NCBI RefSeq assembly: GCF_006345805.1
Contig: NC_043005.1
Span: 44,702,001 to 44,766,000, forward strand
Direction of reading: 5' to 3'
DNA length: 64,000 bases
From: Octopus sinensis
Taxonomy: Eukaryota
Part shown: positions 38,901-51,246 of the stretch, one piece after another
Layout of the letters: every line of letters starts with the position of its first letter
Position numbering within the stretch: position 1 is the first letter of the stretch
Made by a program: the position numbers and the translations under genes
Notes under the pieces: model-generated
Seen by the model: only the letters and a program-made list of their open reading frames with translations
What the model was told of the DNA's origin: nothing
Database searches by the model: none

Positions 38901-39667
38901 TGATCTCCACAAACCAACTCCATTTTCTAGATTTGATTTCCATTAGAGCCATTTCATTTAGACTGCATTACAAATGCTCAGAGAAAGGCATAAAGGCCAC
39001 AACCTGCTATTTCCAACTTCCTTGAAATATTAGGTTTTCATTTCTATGTAAGAAATAATTACAATGATAATAGCCAAAATGTTCTGTCCTCTTTGTAATT
39101 TTTTTCTGACATTTCCAATAAAAGAAAAATGAATAAATAACTGATTGATAAATTGCTGCTCAAACAAAACTGGAAAAACATAATATGATAAATTAAAAGA
39201 AGAGAAAAGTTTTATTTTCTTCAGTTCTTCTGGATATTAGTTCTGATTGGTTACATATATACATATATTTGCTGACATTTAAATAATACCCAAAACACTA
39301 AACACTGCGTGTGAGGTGAAAACAGAATAAAGATGATAAATTTAAATACACAGTTCAATCTACATATTATATGACAACATAGAATGTTTTCTCAACCTTT
39401 AAGAATTTCATTACAAAAGATCATCATTATGCATCATCATCATCGTCAATAACAACAACGACTACAATAACAACATCGTTTGTGTTGTCAACAGCAAAGG
39501 TAGTAATTTTATCTTCCTATTTCGAAAATGTTTTAAACAACTTCTCTTGTATTCTTTAAATTATTTCTATATTTTGGTGAAGACATAATTTCATAGGGAA
39601 GTTTGATGAGATTATTGTAGAAATTGTATATGATTTTTTTGAGTCACATGTCCTCAATCATTTACAG

Positions 39668-39769
39668 CACATTTCTAAAGTCTTTTCCATCTGACAAACA
39701 ACTCTATACTGAACAGACCAAAGTAGCAACTCAGCTGGTCAAGAGACATTTTGTTGAGATTTATCTTTT
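39668..39769 (+). CDS. candidate internal coding exon (TFLKSFPSDKQLYTEQTKVATQLVKRHFVEIYL)
   Basis: Acceptor CAATCATTTACAG, 33 open codons, donor TTT|GTAAAG. Confidence 0.3.
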
Positions 39770-40578
39770 GTAAAGTGGATGACTTTGAAGTTGGGGTACA
39801 GAGGATGTGATTTTTCCAGCTTAGAAATCACACCACGATTACAACCATTATGGTTATGTGTTCTTAAAAGTAAGGCTAGCAAGAGCCATCTCTTAGCTCT
39901 TGCTAAGCTGCCTTTTCAATGTGGATGTTGTCAAGTGTAGAAATGTACTCTACATAATTTGAGTACATGTGAATCATAGAAGGTGTACAATTTCTATGAT
40001 TATCGCATTATTCTTCCCCATGGTGATGACAGTTGGTCTAAGCAAAATAAGTAGTTTACTGAAGTTTTAATTTTTACTGTGATAGTTGCAAATCTTTGCA
40101 GTAACATCAGCTGGGCTATAGAAGGAATGAATAATTTAAACAGTTTCACTGTATACTTAACTAGAAGCAAAATAAATTAATTTAAAGTAACTAAATGTAC
40201 TGGTTTAACCTTAACTATGAACAAGAAACAGAAGAAACTGAAGAATACCTTAGTTTATAAACCAATAATTGGAAATAAGGAAATAAAAGCAATCATATAT
40301 GGTATTGTCTAGAATTTCTATGTCAATCCTTTTGGGAATTATAATTCAATATATGCAAATAATTAGATATGTCTAACTGCCTTCAAGTAAGAGGTTCAGC
40401 TAAACGGTGAAACTAATATTTGTAAGTCATGTTCTTCACATAAAAACTGTAACACTAGTCTATAAGATGTGCATAAATGCATTAAATTCTTTCTAAACCT
40501 TTATTTGAAACAATTATATAACATTTTTGTTTCATACATAAATAGAGGTTTTTTAAAAAATTTTCTTTTTCTTTTCAG

Positions 40579-40620
40579 CTTGATGCATTTAAACAGGTGG
40601 CTGCTATGTACAGAGAATAA
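40579..40620 (+). CDS. candidate exon after a very strong acceptor; either terminal LDAFKQVAAMYRE* or an 18 nt internal exon ending at CAG|GTGGCT
   Basis: TTTTCTTTTTCTTTTCAG acceptor; frame ambiguous. Confidence 0.35.
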   Translation, partial: LDAFKQVAAMYRE

Positions 40621-40925
40621 AGTAGGAGCTACAGCAAATTTTGTTCAGTAGATTAAAAGCATGCAGGCTATGTGAATTGCTTTTTAAGATCAACAAATAG
40701 CTAAAGGCAAAGTTTGGCCAAGTAATTTACGATCAGTTATCCACCAATTAACCTCCCCATCATCACTGATAGAATCTCAATTTCAGTTTTGTTTATTTGA
40801 ATTTTCTACCTGCTGGTTTTGAAGTGCTTCTTTGAAGATAGTCAGGAGTGAAACAGTATTTAGCAGTTTTGTTTAGATGGCAAAACATCAATAAAAATAG
40901 ATGTTACTTAGCATTTAGATATATA

Positions 40926-42204
40926 CAGGGTGCGGTGAATAAATTGTCGTCTAAATTACGCAAAAATGAAAATAATACTGAGATTTCATTTTAACAGGCA
41001 TATTTACCAAAATTACATAAAAATATCTTGAAATACTAAAGAGTAAATTTATTTAATAAAATTGCCATTGGCTCCAACCACAGCATCCAAACAACTTCAG
41101 AATTTCCTGCAACTCTTCTGGACGGTCTCTTTGTTTAAGTTGGTGAATGCTGCCATAGTCGTTGCCTTCAGTTCATCTTTGGTGTTTTAAGGAATTTTGT
41201 TGGTCTCTCATTCAACTGTGCCTCACAAATAATAATCAGGAGGGTTACAGTCTGGGGAGTTAGGTGGCTAGATGTTAGGTGTGATGTGGTCGCAGAAATT
41301 GTCTGAGAGCCATGACTGGATTTTCATGCTTGTGTGACATGGTGTAGAGTTCAGTCATAGGAGCTTCAAGCAACCACTCTCTTGACCCAGTAGCTCCTCC
41401 AGGCACTTGACATAGGCCTCCGTGTTGAGTCTGAGGCCGTGGGGGAAGATGAATGAAGGCATAACATTGCCGTCACTAATGATTACTCCAAACACTATGA
41501 TGTTGCTTGGATGTTTGATGTTTATCACTCTCAGTACATGTTTTGAGGACACAGCAAGCCAACGGTTGTCCTGCATATTCACCATCTGATCCTGGCAGAA
41601 ATTTTTCTTGTCTGAGAAAAACCAAAGCATGTTTGGTTGGAGGGGATGCTTGAGTTTGCTCAAAAGCTTTGTAGCACAGTCTTTCCTCTTGTTCTTGATA
41701 GCTTGGGATAAAAATTGGCCCTTACTCATCTTGTATGAGGAATACCAAATGTCTTCAGGCACTACCTGCCTGATAAGAAACTCAGACATTTCCATATCCC
41801 TGGTGATGGACTTGGTTGACTTGGGGCGATGGTTGCCAATCACAGCCTGGATCTCACCAACAAATTCAGGATTTCTTTTCTCATCAGAATGACCAGAGTG
41901 AGATTTTTGCAAGCTGCCATACCTTCATAATCACCATTAGACACATCCAACTCTTTCCGAATCCTCTGCACTGTCCTCATATTGACACCCAAACACTTAG
42001 AAATGCTTGTATTGGTGTTTCCGGCATGAAAGCCAAACAGTGCAGCATGACGTTTCCAAATCTCTGGCAGAGTGATTTGCATTTTCTCACAGATGGTGCC
42101 CAACTGACCCTACTATACTGTGTAGCTGGCAAAATCAAAAACAAACAATGGACATGCATGAATTTAAGAATATAAAATATTGACAATTTACCCATCGCGC
42201 CCTG
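40926..42204 (-). mobile_element. maT/mori (DD37D) transposon, full length 1279 bp, inactive
   Basis: TA-flanked TIRs CAGGGTGCGGTGAATAAATTGTC / GACAATTTACCCATCGCGCCCTG; WFFSDKKNF, KHPSNIIVFGVIISDGNVMP and WPPNSPDCNPPDYY motifs; frameshifts. Confidence 0.9.
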
Positions 42205-42214
42205 TAAGCATATA

Positions 42215-42620
42215 TCATCATCATCATCATTTAATGTCCGTTTTCCATGCTGGCATGGGTTGGATGGTTTAACTGAGGACTAGCAAGCCAGGAGACTGCA
42301 CCAGGCTCCAGTCTGATCTGGTAAGGTTTCTACAGCTGGATGCTCTTCCTAACGCCAACCACTTTGAGAGCAAGGTGGGTGCTTTTTACATGCCACCGGC
42401 ATGGGGGCCAGTCAGGCAGCACTGACACTGACCACACTGAAATGGTGCCTTTTACATGCCATCGCCATGGGTACCAGTCAGGTGGCACAGGCATGGGCCA
42501 CCACTACAATTTCACTTGACTCAACAGGCCTCCTCAAGCACAGCATATTGCCTGACGACTGAAGGGTACTTTTAAACGAGCCAGTTATGTAACACTGGCA
42601 TTGGCTACAATCTTACACAC
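42215..42620 (-). mobile_element. RTE 3' UTR fragment
   Basis: CATCATCATTTAATGTCCGTTTTCCATGC... family match. Confidence 0.75.
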
Positions 42621-43539
42621 ACAGACACACACACACATACATAAATATATATATATATACATACATATATATACATATATAATCATCATCATCATCATAA
42701 CTATCATCTTTACTTTAACATCTACTTTTCTATACTTGCATGTTTCCAAAGAAGACTGAGAATGAATGATACTGCTTGTATGAGAGGAACAACTATTTTT
42801 GACTATTGCATAGTGTCAAGACAAGAAGACACAACTAATCTTACAAACCTGCTTGTACACACACACACACATACCATACACACATGTAGGGCATTGCCAG
42901 TGAGCTCATAAAAGATGAACTGTTTGCAAGGACCTTTACTGCACACTAGTTATTGAACTAGTCAGCAGAAAAAAAAAAGTCACTTCTGATGAGGTGGATT
43001 ATAAAGCTTGGGCTTTAAGGGTGAATCACTCCTTCTCACATTTGTAAATGTTTGACATACAATAAATAACATTTCAACAAACTGCTGTCTGTTGTTATTT
43101 TACATATAGCTTAATTATAGCCACACACACACACACACATGCATAGTGTACAAGGTGGCTTATAATCCAAGATCTATTTCTGTAATGGAAATGCATGTGG
43201 ATATTTTATGTAAAATGAGAAAATCATAATTTATAAGTCGAGATTCCTGGTGAATTGTAATATTTGCAGAGCAAGTATGTAATGCAAACAAAGACTGGAA
43301 TACATAGTACCATTCTAATTCTTTGTTACATGAGTTTCATTCCAAGATGGGAAATAAATACTATGCATATAAATATTAATATTTATAACAATATAAATAA
43401 AATAAATTCATAATAGAAATATATGCACATGTATAAACATATAGGACATCTCCTACCTATAAATCTTCAGACAAAGATTTCAAACAATCCAGTCTTTGTT
43501 TCATTATCTATGTTTTCATGTATGTATGTGTGTGTCGTT

Positions 43540-45115
43540 ATCATCATCATCATCATCAGCATCATCATCATCATCATCATCATCCTTGTTTATAATGTCC
43601 ATCTTCTATGCATGTATGGGTAGGATGGTTGACAGGAGCTGGCCAGGTAGAAAATCTACCCAAGGATACTGTGTCTGTTTTGGCAGTGATTTTAGGGCTG
43701 GATGCCCTTCCTAACACCAACCACTCTGCAGAGTGGACTCAGTGCATTTTACGAGACACTAGCATGTGCAAAGTTAGTTTGGTAAGATTTTTACAGCTGG
43801 TTGCCCTTCCAGATGCCAACCATGTTACAGTGTGGACTGGATGCTTTTAATGTGACACCAGTACTGGCAGGATAACCAAGTAACTCACAAGACAAGGAAT
43901 TATAAGAGGGGCAGGGCATTTGTGTGAGAGGATGAAAGTTAGAGTGTAATAAAGAGACTGAGATACGGAAGCAGGTGTCGTATCACAACAGAGGGGCATT
44001 AGAGGAGGTGATCCAGTATCAAATGATGAAAGGTTAGAATGTAACAGAGAAATAGGGAAGCAGAAATAGGTGTCTTGCTATAGAGAAGATACATGAGAGA
44101 GAGAGAGAAAGAGAGGGAGAGAGAGAGAGAATGAGAAAGATGTGCAGAATGAGGCCAGAAACAAGTGTGCTGATGTAAAGATGATACTTGGTTACCTAGT
44201 CAGAGGAAGAATAAGAGGAGAGAGAGAGAGTGACGAAAGGGAAAGAGGGAGAGTGACTAAAGGAAAGAAAGAGAGAGAGAGAGAGAGAGAGTAGGAAACA
44301 GCAAAAGTTTAAGACAGAGCAGAAGGGAGATGGTATGGTGCTAGGGTATACTCACTAGTAACAAGAATATGAGCGTAGAACCTGGTTAGAAAAATAGGGA
44401 GTAGGTGTGGGTGGTAGGGTGTGTGGGGAGCAATGATACAGTAAGCATGGCAGTATGGGCAAGAAAAGGGATTGGAAAACAATCATGATGTATGAGAAGA
44501 AAATGTGAGGAAGAGAAAGATGTAGCATCCTAAGATCAGTCCTCACCACTTCATCCCATGTCTTCCTGGGTCTCCCTCTTTCACAGGTACCACCCACTTT
44601 CAACAATAGGCATTTCTATATACAGCTGTCTTAACTCATATGCATCACATGTCCAAACCAATGCAGTCTCCTCTCCTGGATACTATATTTAATTCCTCTT
44701 ATGCTTAACTTTTCTCTCAACACAGTTGTGCTTCGTAGGTCATGCACACTTGTGTTGCAAATCCAATGGAGCATGCTACCTGCATTCCTCTCCAGCCTAC
44801 CATGTAATATAACTCACACAAGCATCATACAACCTACCTTTCACTCTGGGAGACAGTCCTTTTTGCTGCCAGCAGAGACAGTAGTTCTCTGAACTTTCTC
44901 CGTCCTATTCTTATTCTTATTGTTTCTAACAATACCTTCAAAGCATCCATGACTGTTACTAATTTGGTCATCCAAATGGCAGAAACTGTCTACTACCTTA
45001 AAAGAGCCACCTGGGCATTTGAGAGAGTTTTAGTCCCCCGTACTCTTAGTACTTACTGTTCCTGTGTAACTTCCACACACGAAAGCAACCTTATCTGATA
45101 ATCTTTCCACAATTC
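43540..45115 (-). mobile_element. decayed RTE LINE 3' portion (RT C-terminus, purine/pyrimidine-biased UTR, tail)
   Basis: Minus strand ERRLHWFGHVM...KVGGTCERGRPRKTWDEVVRTDLRML at ~44520-44700; tail motif at ~43560. Confidence 0.75.
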
Positions 45116-45513
45116 CACTGCATATATAGATGTGTGTATGTGTGTGTGTGTGTGTGTGTATTTATATATAAATGTACATGTATATGTGTTTGTGTATACT
45201 CTTGTCTTGACATCACAAGGTGGCTGCAAATGAGCATCACCATCATATAAGAGAGGTTATTCATTTCCAGTTTTCTGTGAAAATGTTCCTGTCCATAAGG
45301 AAAAAATTACTTTGCATGGAAACAGGTGAAAGTTGGCAACAAGATGGGCATTCAGCCATAAAAATCTGTCTCAAAGAATTCTGTTTGACCAATGGAAGCA
45401 TGGAAAATGGATGTTAAAATGATGATTCCAAACATGTGTGTATATGTGACCACGTGTGTATCGTTGGCTATTTTCTCCCTCCGTCTTCCTTTCCTTGGAC
45501 CTTTTCTTTTTCT

Positions 45514-45553
45514 ATGTTTCTGATGAAGAGCTCTGCTCGAAATGTTAAATCAT
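45514..45553 (+). ncRNA. minimal type I hammerhead motif E inside a ~230 bp element (45424-45655)
   Basis: ATGTTT-CTGATGA-A-GAGC-TCT-GCTC-GAAA-TG-TTA-AATCAT; stem I 5/6, stem II 4/4; AATGTT probably decayed from AACGTT. Confidence 0.55.
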
Positions 45554-45889
45554 CCTCCTTCTTTCTTTCCTTTCCTGAGCATCCAATAACACTATACTTG
45601 TTCCACGTACTCGTGTTGTTGTGTTTTCTCTTTGTTCATGTTTGGATTAACTATATGTATATATATATATAACTAATGTAGGATAAAAGTTTTTTGGGGA
45701 AAAAATTTTTATCAATGGCCAGCATATCAAAAAATACCTTTAAAGGTTAAATTTATAAATAATTTACAAAATAAGGGCAAAAGAAAAATTCTAATGCCAA
45801 ATATGCCGAAAATAAGACAAAATTGTCAATAATCATTATAATTTATGCATCTCGAAACAAACTGATAGAAATTTCTAAAAAATCTGTTA

Positions 45890-45950
45890 TTACCGTATTG
45901 GTCCCAATTTCGAGGTTAATTCATAAGAATTTTCCACTCTTCAGCGATAA
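45890..45950 (-). ncRNA. type I hammerhead motif F with a conventional stem III
   Basis: Minus strand TTATCG-CTGAAGA-GTGG..18 nt..CCTC-GAA-ATTGG-GA-CCAAT-A-CGGTAA; stem I 6 bp (one GU), stem III 5 bp, AUA triplet. Confidence 0.65.
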
Positions 45951-45989
45951 ATACGTGAGATATAAGTGAAATACTTACTCATACCCATG

Positions 45990-46032
<43 letters not shown>

Positions 46033-46339
46033 TCACACACACATATACATATAAACACATACACACACACACACACACGATGGGTATCTTTCTATTTCTG
46101 TCACCCAAATCTACTCACACAGCTTTAGTTGGATCAGGGCTATAATAGAAGACACCTGTGACTTGCACATGGTGCCATGCAGTAGGACTGAACCTGAAAT
46201 CACATATTTGGATAGCAGGCTTCTTAATGACACCAGCATGCTTGCACTTAATCTTCTTTCACTTATATTATACATATGTACATATATACATACATATATA
46301 CAATATATATGTGTATATATATATGATACATATACACAA

Positions 46340-46371
<32 letters not shown>

Positions 46372-47749
46372 TTATATGCATACATACAAATGCACACTTA
46401 TACTCATACATTCTCATATACACATATAGTCATACATATTTCATGCATTTATCATTTCCATAGAAAATTTCTTCAGTATTCATTTCTGCATTTAGATGAC
46501 TCTAATCATGTCTTAAATGTCTAACATTATTTTTCATAATCTCCTTTCAAAGAAATTTTGAAATTTTCTTTTATTTTCATTTGTAATATACTTTATTTAT
46601 CCTAAACATTTCAACACTCTGTAAATATCACATTAAGATATGTATAGTCTGCATACTAAAAACAAAAAAAACGGAGTTCTTACTTTCACTAACGCAACAA
46701 CATACAAAGATGCAACATATAACGTAATGCTTCTCAATACTGCAATTCTTGCTGTCAACGTTTCACATACCCAGCCAGTTGCACTTTAGTTTTTGATGTA
46801 GTAGTTCTAGCTAGCAAGTTAGATACACTGGTTTACAGTTCTTCTTCTCTATACAATTTAATGTCTGCACTAAACCAAGTTAGGTGAACATTAGTTTGCA
46901 TTACTACGGCTATAAATCATAAAGGTATCATCTACTTCACAGTATTAGTTCTTAACTCAGATATCTAGTTACCACTAAGACTAGTATTAAAAATGGACTA
47001 CCTCATTAATAATAGTCATTAGTAATGAACTGTTTTTCAATTGTATTCATAGCAGACAACAGCATCACTAATTGACTTCATTATTTATAGGTGTCAGACC
47101 ATTTGTAATATTCCCAGAATCTGACTGTTTCATTAGTGCCAAGCAACACCAATTATAATTGACTATAACATTAGGACATAATTATATTATTAATTACCAT
47201 CTGCTTCATTAGTAACTATGTCACGTGAAACTCAATAAAATGATATTAAAGATGATATTAAATGATATTCATAGTTGATTCTTATTAAAATCCCCCAGTC
47301 AAATAATTATGTGTGTCCCACTTGGTTTGTCATATATTTCAGGATAAATATTAGCTTCAGGTGAGAATTTATGTCAAGATCAACCTCATTATACATATTC
47401 TTATTGATCGGTGATTTTGGTGTCTTAACTTTGATGGAAGCATCATTTTTGTATGTTTTAAAAATTATTTAACATCTACGCTTTCTTTACTGTTTTTTTT
47501 TCTTTTGGCACTTGGCCAGTGCTGGAGAGGAATCATCACCATCGTCATCATCGTTGTTGATGTCACTGTTATTGTTGTAGTTGTCATTGTCATCACTATT
47601 TTTCTCATTACTTCTGTTTTCTATGTTTGCATGTGTTAGATGGCCCTTCATGGTCCAAATCAGTTTGTATTCGGAGCTATTGCTCCAATTAATATATCAG
47701 AGCATCACATCCTACTTTTATATTTCATGTTTGGCATAGTTTCCATGTC

Positions 47750-48330
47750 TGGATCATCATCATCATCATCATCATTTAATGTCTGTTTTTCATGCTGGCA
47801 TGGATTGGATGGCTTGAAAGGAGTTGGCAAGGTGATGGGGCCACATCAGGTTCCATTGTCTGTTTTGGTATGGTTTCTACAACTGGATGCCTTTCCTAAC
47901 ACCAACCACTTTACAGAGTATACTGGCTACATTTTATGTGGTGCCAGCACCAGTGCTTTTTACATGGCACCATCACCAACGCTTTTTATGTGATATCAGT
48001 ACTTTAGATTGTACTGGGTGCAGTTCATCATTACACCAGCATGAGTGAAGTTGTGATATTCTTCATTATATTAAAAGAATCTTTGTTCCCCATATCTCTG
48101 TTCATGTAACAACTACTTTAGAGTGTCCTGGGCGGCACCAATATTGGAAGGGTATTTTGTACTCCTTAAGATTAGAGAGTCCTCTACATTTTATGTGTTC
48201 ATTCAATGAAGCTAAGTTACTGAATAAAAGAGGAGGACCAGGATGAGTGAGAAAATGAAACAAGAGTGTGCTGGTAGAAACAGTGGTAGGAATTAGATGA
48301 TAGTAGAGAGATGAGAGTGTCAAGGTACCT
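47750..48330 (-). mobile_element. RTE-derived 3' fragment
   Basis: CATCATCATTTAATGTCTGTTTTTCATGC tail family, with purine-rich upstream segment like 43900-44500. Confidence 0.6.
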
Positions 48331-49052
48331 TTTTCCCATGAAGTTCCCTTCTTGGTTGTGGTTGAACTTTTTCCCTTTTACCAGTCCACTGTTTACAACA
48401 TTTAACATTTCAAGAGAAGATCCATTTTTCATCACAAGTCTATCCAAAAAAAGTGAAATGAGTTTGCGAGAATGGAGAGAAGGGCAGATATCAACTTGGG
48501 ATTTGCGTTTACTTTTGGATAATTCATGAGGCACTCATTTTCTAAGTTTAGGAACCTTTCCAAGTTGTTGAAGATGACAATGAACAGTTGTTTGGCTTGA
48601 ACTAAGCTTTATTGCCAATTCTTCAACTGATAATGCAGGATTTTCTTCAACTAATGCGTCAAGGAGCTTAGCATCAAACTCAGCTGGATCTTCATCTTCA
48701 AGGCTGAAATCTACACATCTGAATTTTGCAAACCATCTTCTGAAAGTTCTTTCATTCAAGCATTCTTTCCCATCAACTGAGTGTATGTTATGAGTCACTT
48801 CGGCTGCAGAGTTACCTTTTGTGTACTCATAAAGCATTATGTGCCTCAAATGCTCTTTGGATACTTCCATGTTAAAAAGGGTTATAATCAAAGAAATTTT
48901 AATTCTATTATTCTGTAAAATAATATTTAATTAGTTTAAATGTATACAAATGCATAAAAATAATTTTTAATTCCGTTAGACATTCTAAAATACTATTAAA
49001 TTTCATTCAATTTTAAAAAGGTAAAATCGGACAGAACTTATGGGATGACCTG

Positions 49053-49053
<1 letters not shown>
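48330..49053 (-). mobile_element. mariner 5' half, decayed
   Basis: MEVSKEHLRHIMLYEY..GNSAAE...RRWFAKFR, then KVPKLRK*VPHELS; 5' TIR TCAGGTCATCCCATAAGTTCTGTCCG next to TA at 49054. Confidence 0.88.
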
Positions 49054-49096
<43 letters not shown>

Positions 49097-49098
49097 AT

Positions 49099-49740
49099 GA
49101 CTGATGTGTCAGTATTATGAATTCTTGATTGGCATTTTTCGAATGATTAACGGAAATTGCCGAAACTGACATGTCAGTATTAAGAATTCTCAATTAGTAC
49201 TTTTTGGATAATTAGGATCCCTGTTAGTGTATATGTTTTCATTCATGTGTATTAATTACAGCATTAGAGCATTTAGCTATTATTTCTAGCAATGTAGGTG
49301 TTTCCTAACACTCTAGTCACATTTAGTGACATTCATAATTCTCGTTTTTGGTGAAACATTGCAAACTACTGTTTATATTAATTTTATATGTACACATTAG
49401 TGAATCACTAAATCATCCAATTATTTGAATGATGAAAACATAAATACTAATGGTGAAGCAAGGCCGGAAAGAGCTGAACGGTTGAGCGATCATAACTGAT
49501 GAGGTGACTGAAATTGCCAAAACTAATGCATCAGTTTTAAGAATTCTCGATCGGCACTTTTTGGATGATTATGATCTTTGTTAGTGCACATATTTTCATT
49601 CATGTGTGTTAACAACAGGATTAGAGTGTTTAGCTCTCATTTCTAGCAACGTAGGTGTTTCCTAATACTCTAGTCACATTTAGTGACATTTTTAATTCTC
49701 TGTTCTGGTGAAACATTGCAAACTGCTGTTTATATTACTT
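49099..49740 (+). repeat. diverged ~357 bp tandem repeat carrying hammerhead motifs (non-LTR retrozyme-like)
   Basis: GAAATTGCC(G/A)AAAC at 49153 and 49510, followed by ~230 bp of similar sequence; 65 bp partial copy at 49099. Confidence 0.65.
49490..49542 (+). ncRNA. type I hammerhead motif G (G12 to A mutant); a G12-intact 3' half lies at 49159-49185
   Basis: TCATAA-CTGATGA-GGT..GCC-AAAAC-TAATGCATCA-GTT-TTAAGA; upstream half copy GCC-GAAAC-TGACATGTCA-GTA-TTAAGA with perfect palindrome. Confidence 0.6.
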
Positions 49741-49779
49741 TCATATCTATCTATCTATCTATATATATATATTGTGTTG

Positions 49780-50140
49780 TTTTTTGGGATGGACTATTTT
49801 TTTGCCAAATAAACACGCACACTAAATATTTGTTCTTTATTCATTTATTACTGTTCTTATTTCAACACATTCTATCTTCGTGTGTGCTCCTACTCCTCTT
49901 AATCCATCTGGATTAAGCTGAGCAGGAGCACACACAAGGATGGAAAGTGTCACTGAAGAGGTCACAGATGTGTGACAAAAGATTTCCAGACAATGGACAT
50001 GAGTTAAAATAAGAACAGTAATAAATGAGTGAAGAATGAATATGCAGTGCGTGTGTTTATGTGGCAAAAAAAATGACCATCTTGAAATACAACAATATTT
50101 GTTTCAACACATGGTTTCAGATCAGGAATCTTTCAAGCCA
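49780..50140 (+). mobile_element. fold-back element with inverted arms, internal long hairpin and a degenerate hammerhead-like motif H
   Basis: Arms ~49785-49865 and ~50003-50095 inverted; hairpin 49876-49939; CTGAAGA-GGTCACA-GATG-TGTGAC-AAAAG at 49953-49981. Confidence 0.55.
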
Positions 50141-50159
50141 AATTCATAAATGTATGTGC

Positions 50160-50190
<31 letters not shown>

Positions 50191-50598
50191 CATGATATAA
50201 ATATATAAATTCGATCATTATCCAATGAAAGCATTTTCTGTTATTTATTCATCTTTTATTTTCTTTTATGGAATATTTTAAAATGTACATGGTCAGTTGA
50301 TCTGCTAAAAGCATCACCAAAATCTCTCTCAAATCAAAGCCAACCTTCATAAAAAAGGTCAAATATCACATTAGGTATTAATAATATTCATAAAAAGACA
50401 AGGATGGTAATAGCTAAAAGACCTTTAACTATAAGTCTACTGAAGCAGGGATAACCAGGATCTATAACAATAAAAACATTAAGTATATGACACCAACAAC
50501 AGTAACAACATCGATGACTGTATGTTGAGCCTATAAAGAAGTATTGATGGTGCCACTTGACTTGCAAATCATACCTTATTTTATTTTTTTATTTTAAG

Positions 50599-50662
50599 GG
50601 AGGGAACATTTGAATTATGTGACGCTGAATACAAGATGATTACAAGTGGCATGCTTTTGATG
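50599..50662 (+). CDS. candidate internal coding exon (EGTFELCDAEYKMITSGMLLM)
   Basis: Acceptor TTATTTTTTTATTTTAAG, open frame, donor ATG|GTAATA. Confidence 0.5.
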
Positions 50663-51246
50663 GTAATAGTTTTATTCAGTGAGAGTCAATTTAGGGTTAA
50701 CCAGCAACAATAATAACTGAGTCTTAAGTGAGATTTAAATTTGTTTCCATTAACTGATTGTATTTCCATCCAAAAACAACAAGCAACAAATTGGCAGAAT
50801 GGTTAAAGTGTAAGACAAAATGCTTTGCTGTGTTCGTTCCAGCTCTCGGTTTTTGACTTCCCATCTTGTTCTTTTCATCCTTTCTGGATTGATTAAATAT
50901 GTACCAGTCATGGTCAGTTGGTTGTCATAATTCTTTTAAAAATTGGTTAAGATGTCTTATGGTATTTGTTTCAACACTTTACATTAGGATTTCTTGATTG
51001 GTATACTTATTCTATCTCTCAGTTTAACATCCTGGTTCTTGGGTGCCTTTGGTGAAATTTGCTCTGTTTTAAGGTAAAGCCTCTGGCTAGAGGATAAAGT
51101 CCTTCTGTTCTTCCACCAGACTTGGAGGTCCAGTACAAAATGAAGAGCCATGGGGGCTACCCTCTCCTCTTTAACTGAATGATTTCTTCCATAGTCTCTT
51201 TAGTGTTTCTTAGGTTCTGTTGAAAACCCAACCCCAAAGTTACATA

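Noticed and set aside
42980-43035. CTGATGA-GGTG..stem, partial hammerhead
   Set aside because: GAAA, stem III and the stem I 3' strand are absent
48102-48323. Minus-strand ORF after a pyrimidine tract (NLASLNEHIKCRGLSNLKEY)
   Set aside because: Sits in the RTE-derived segment between an RTE tail and a mariner; no recognisable domain
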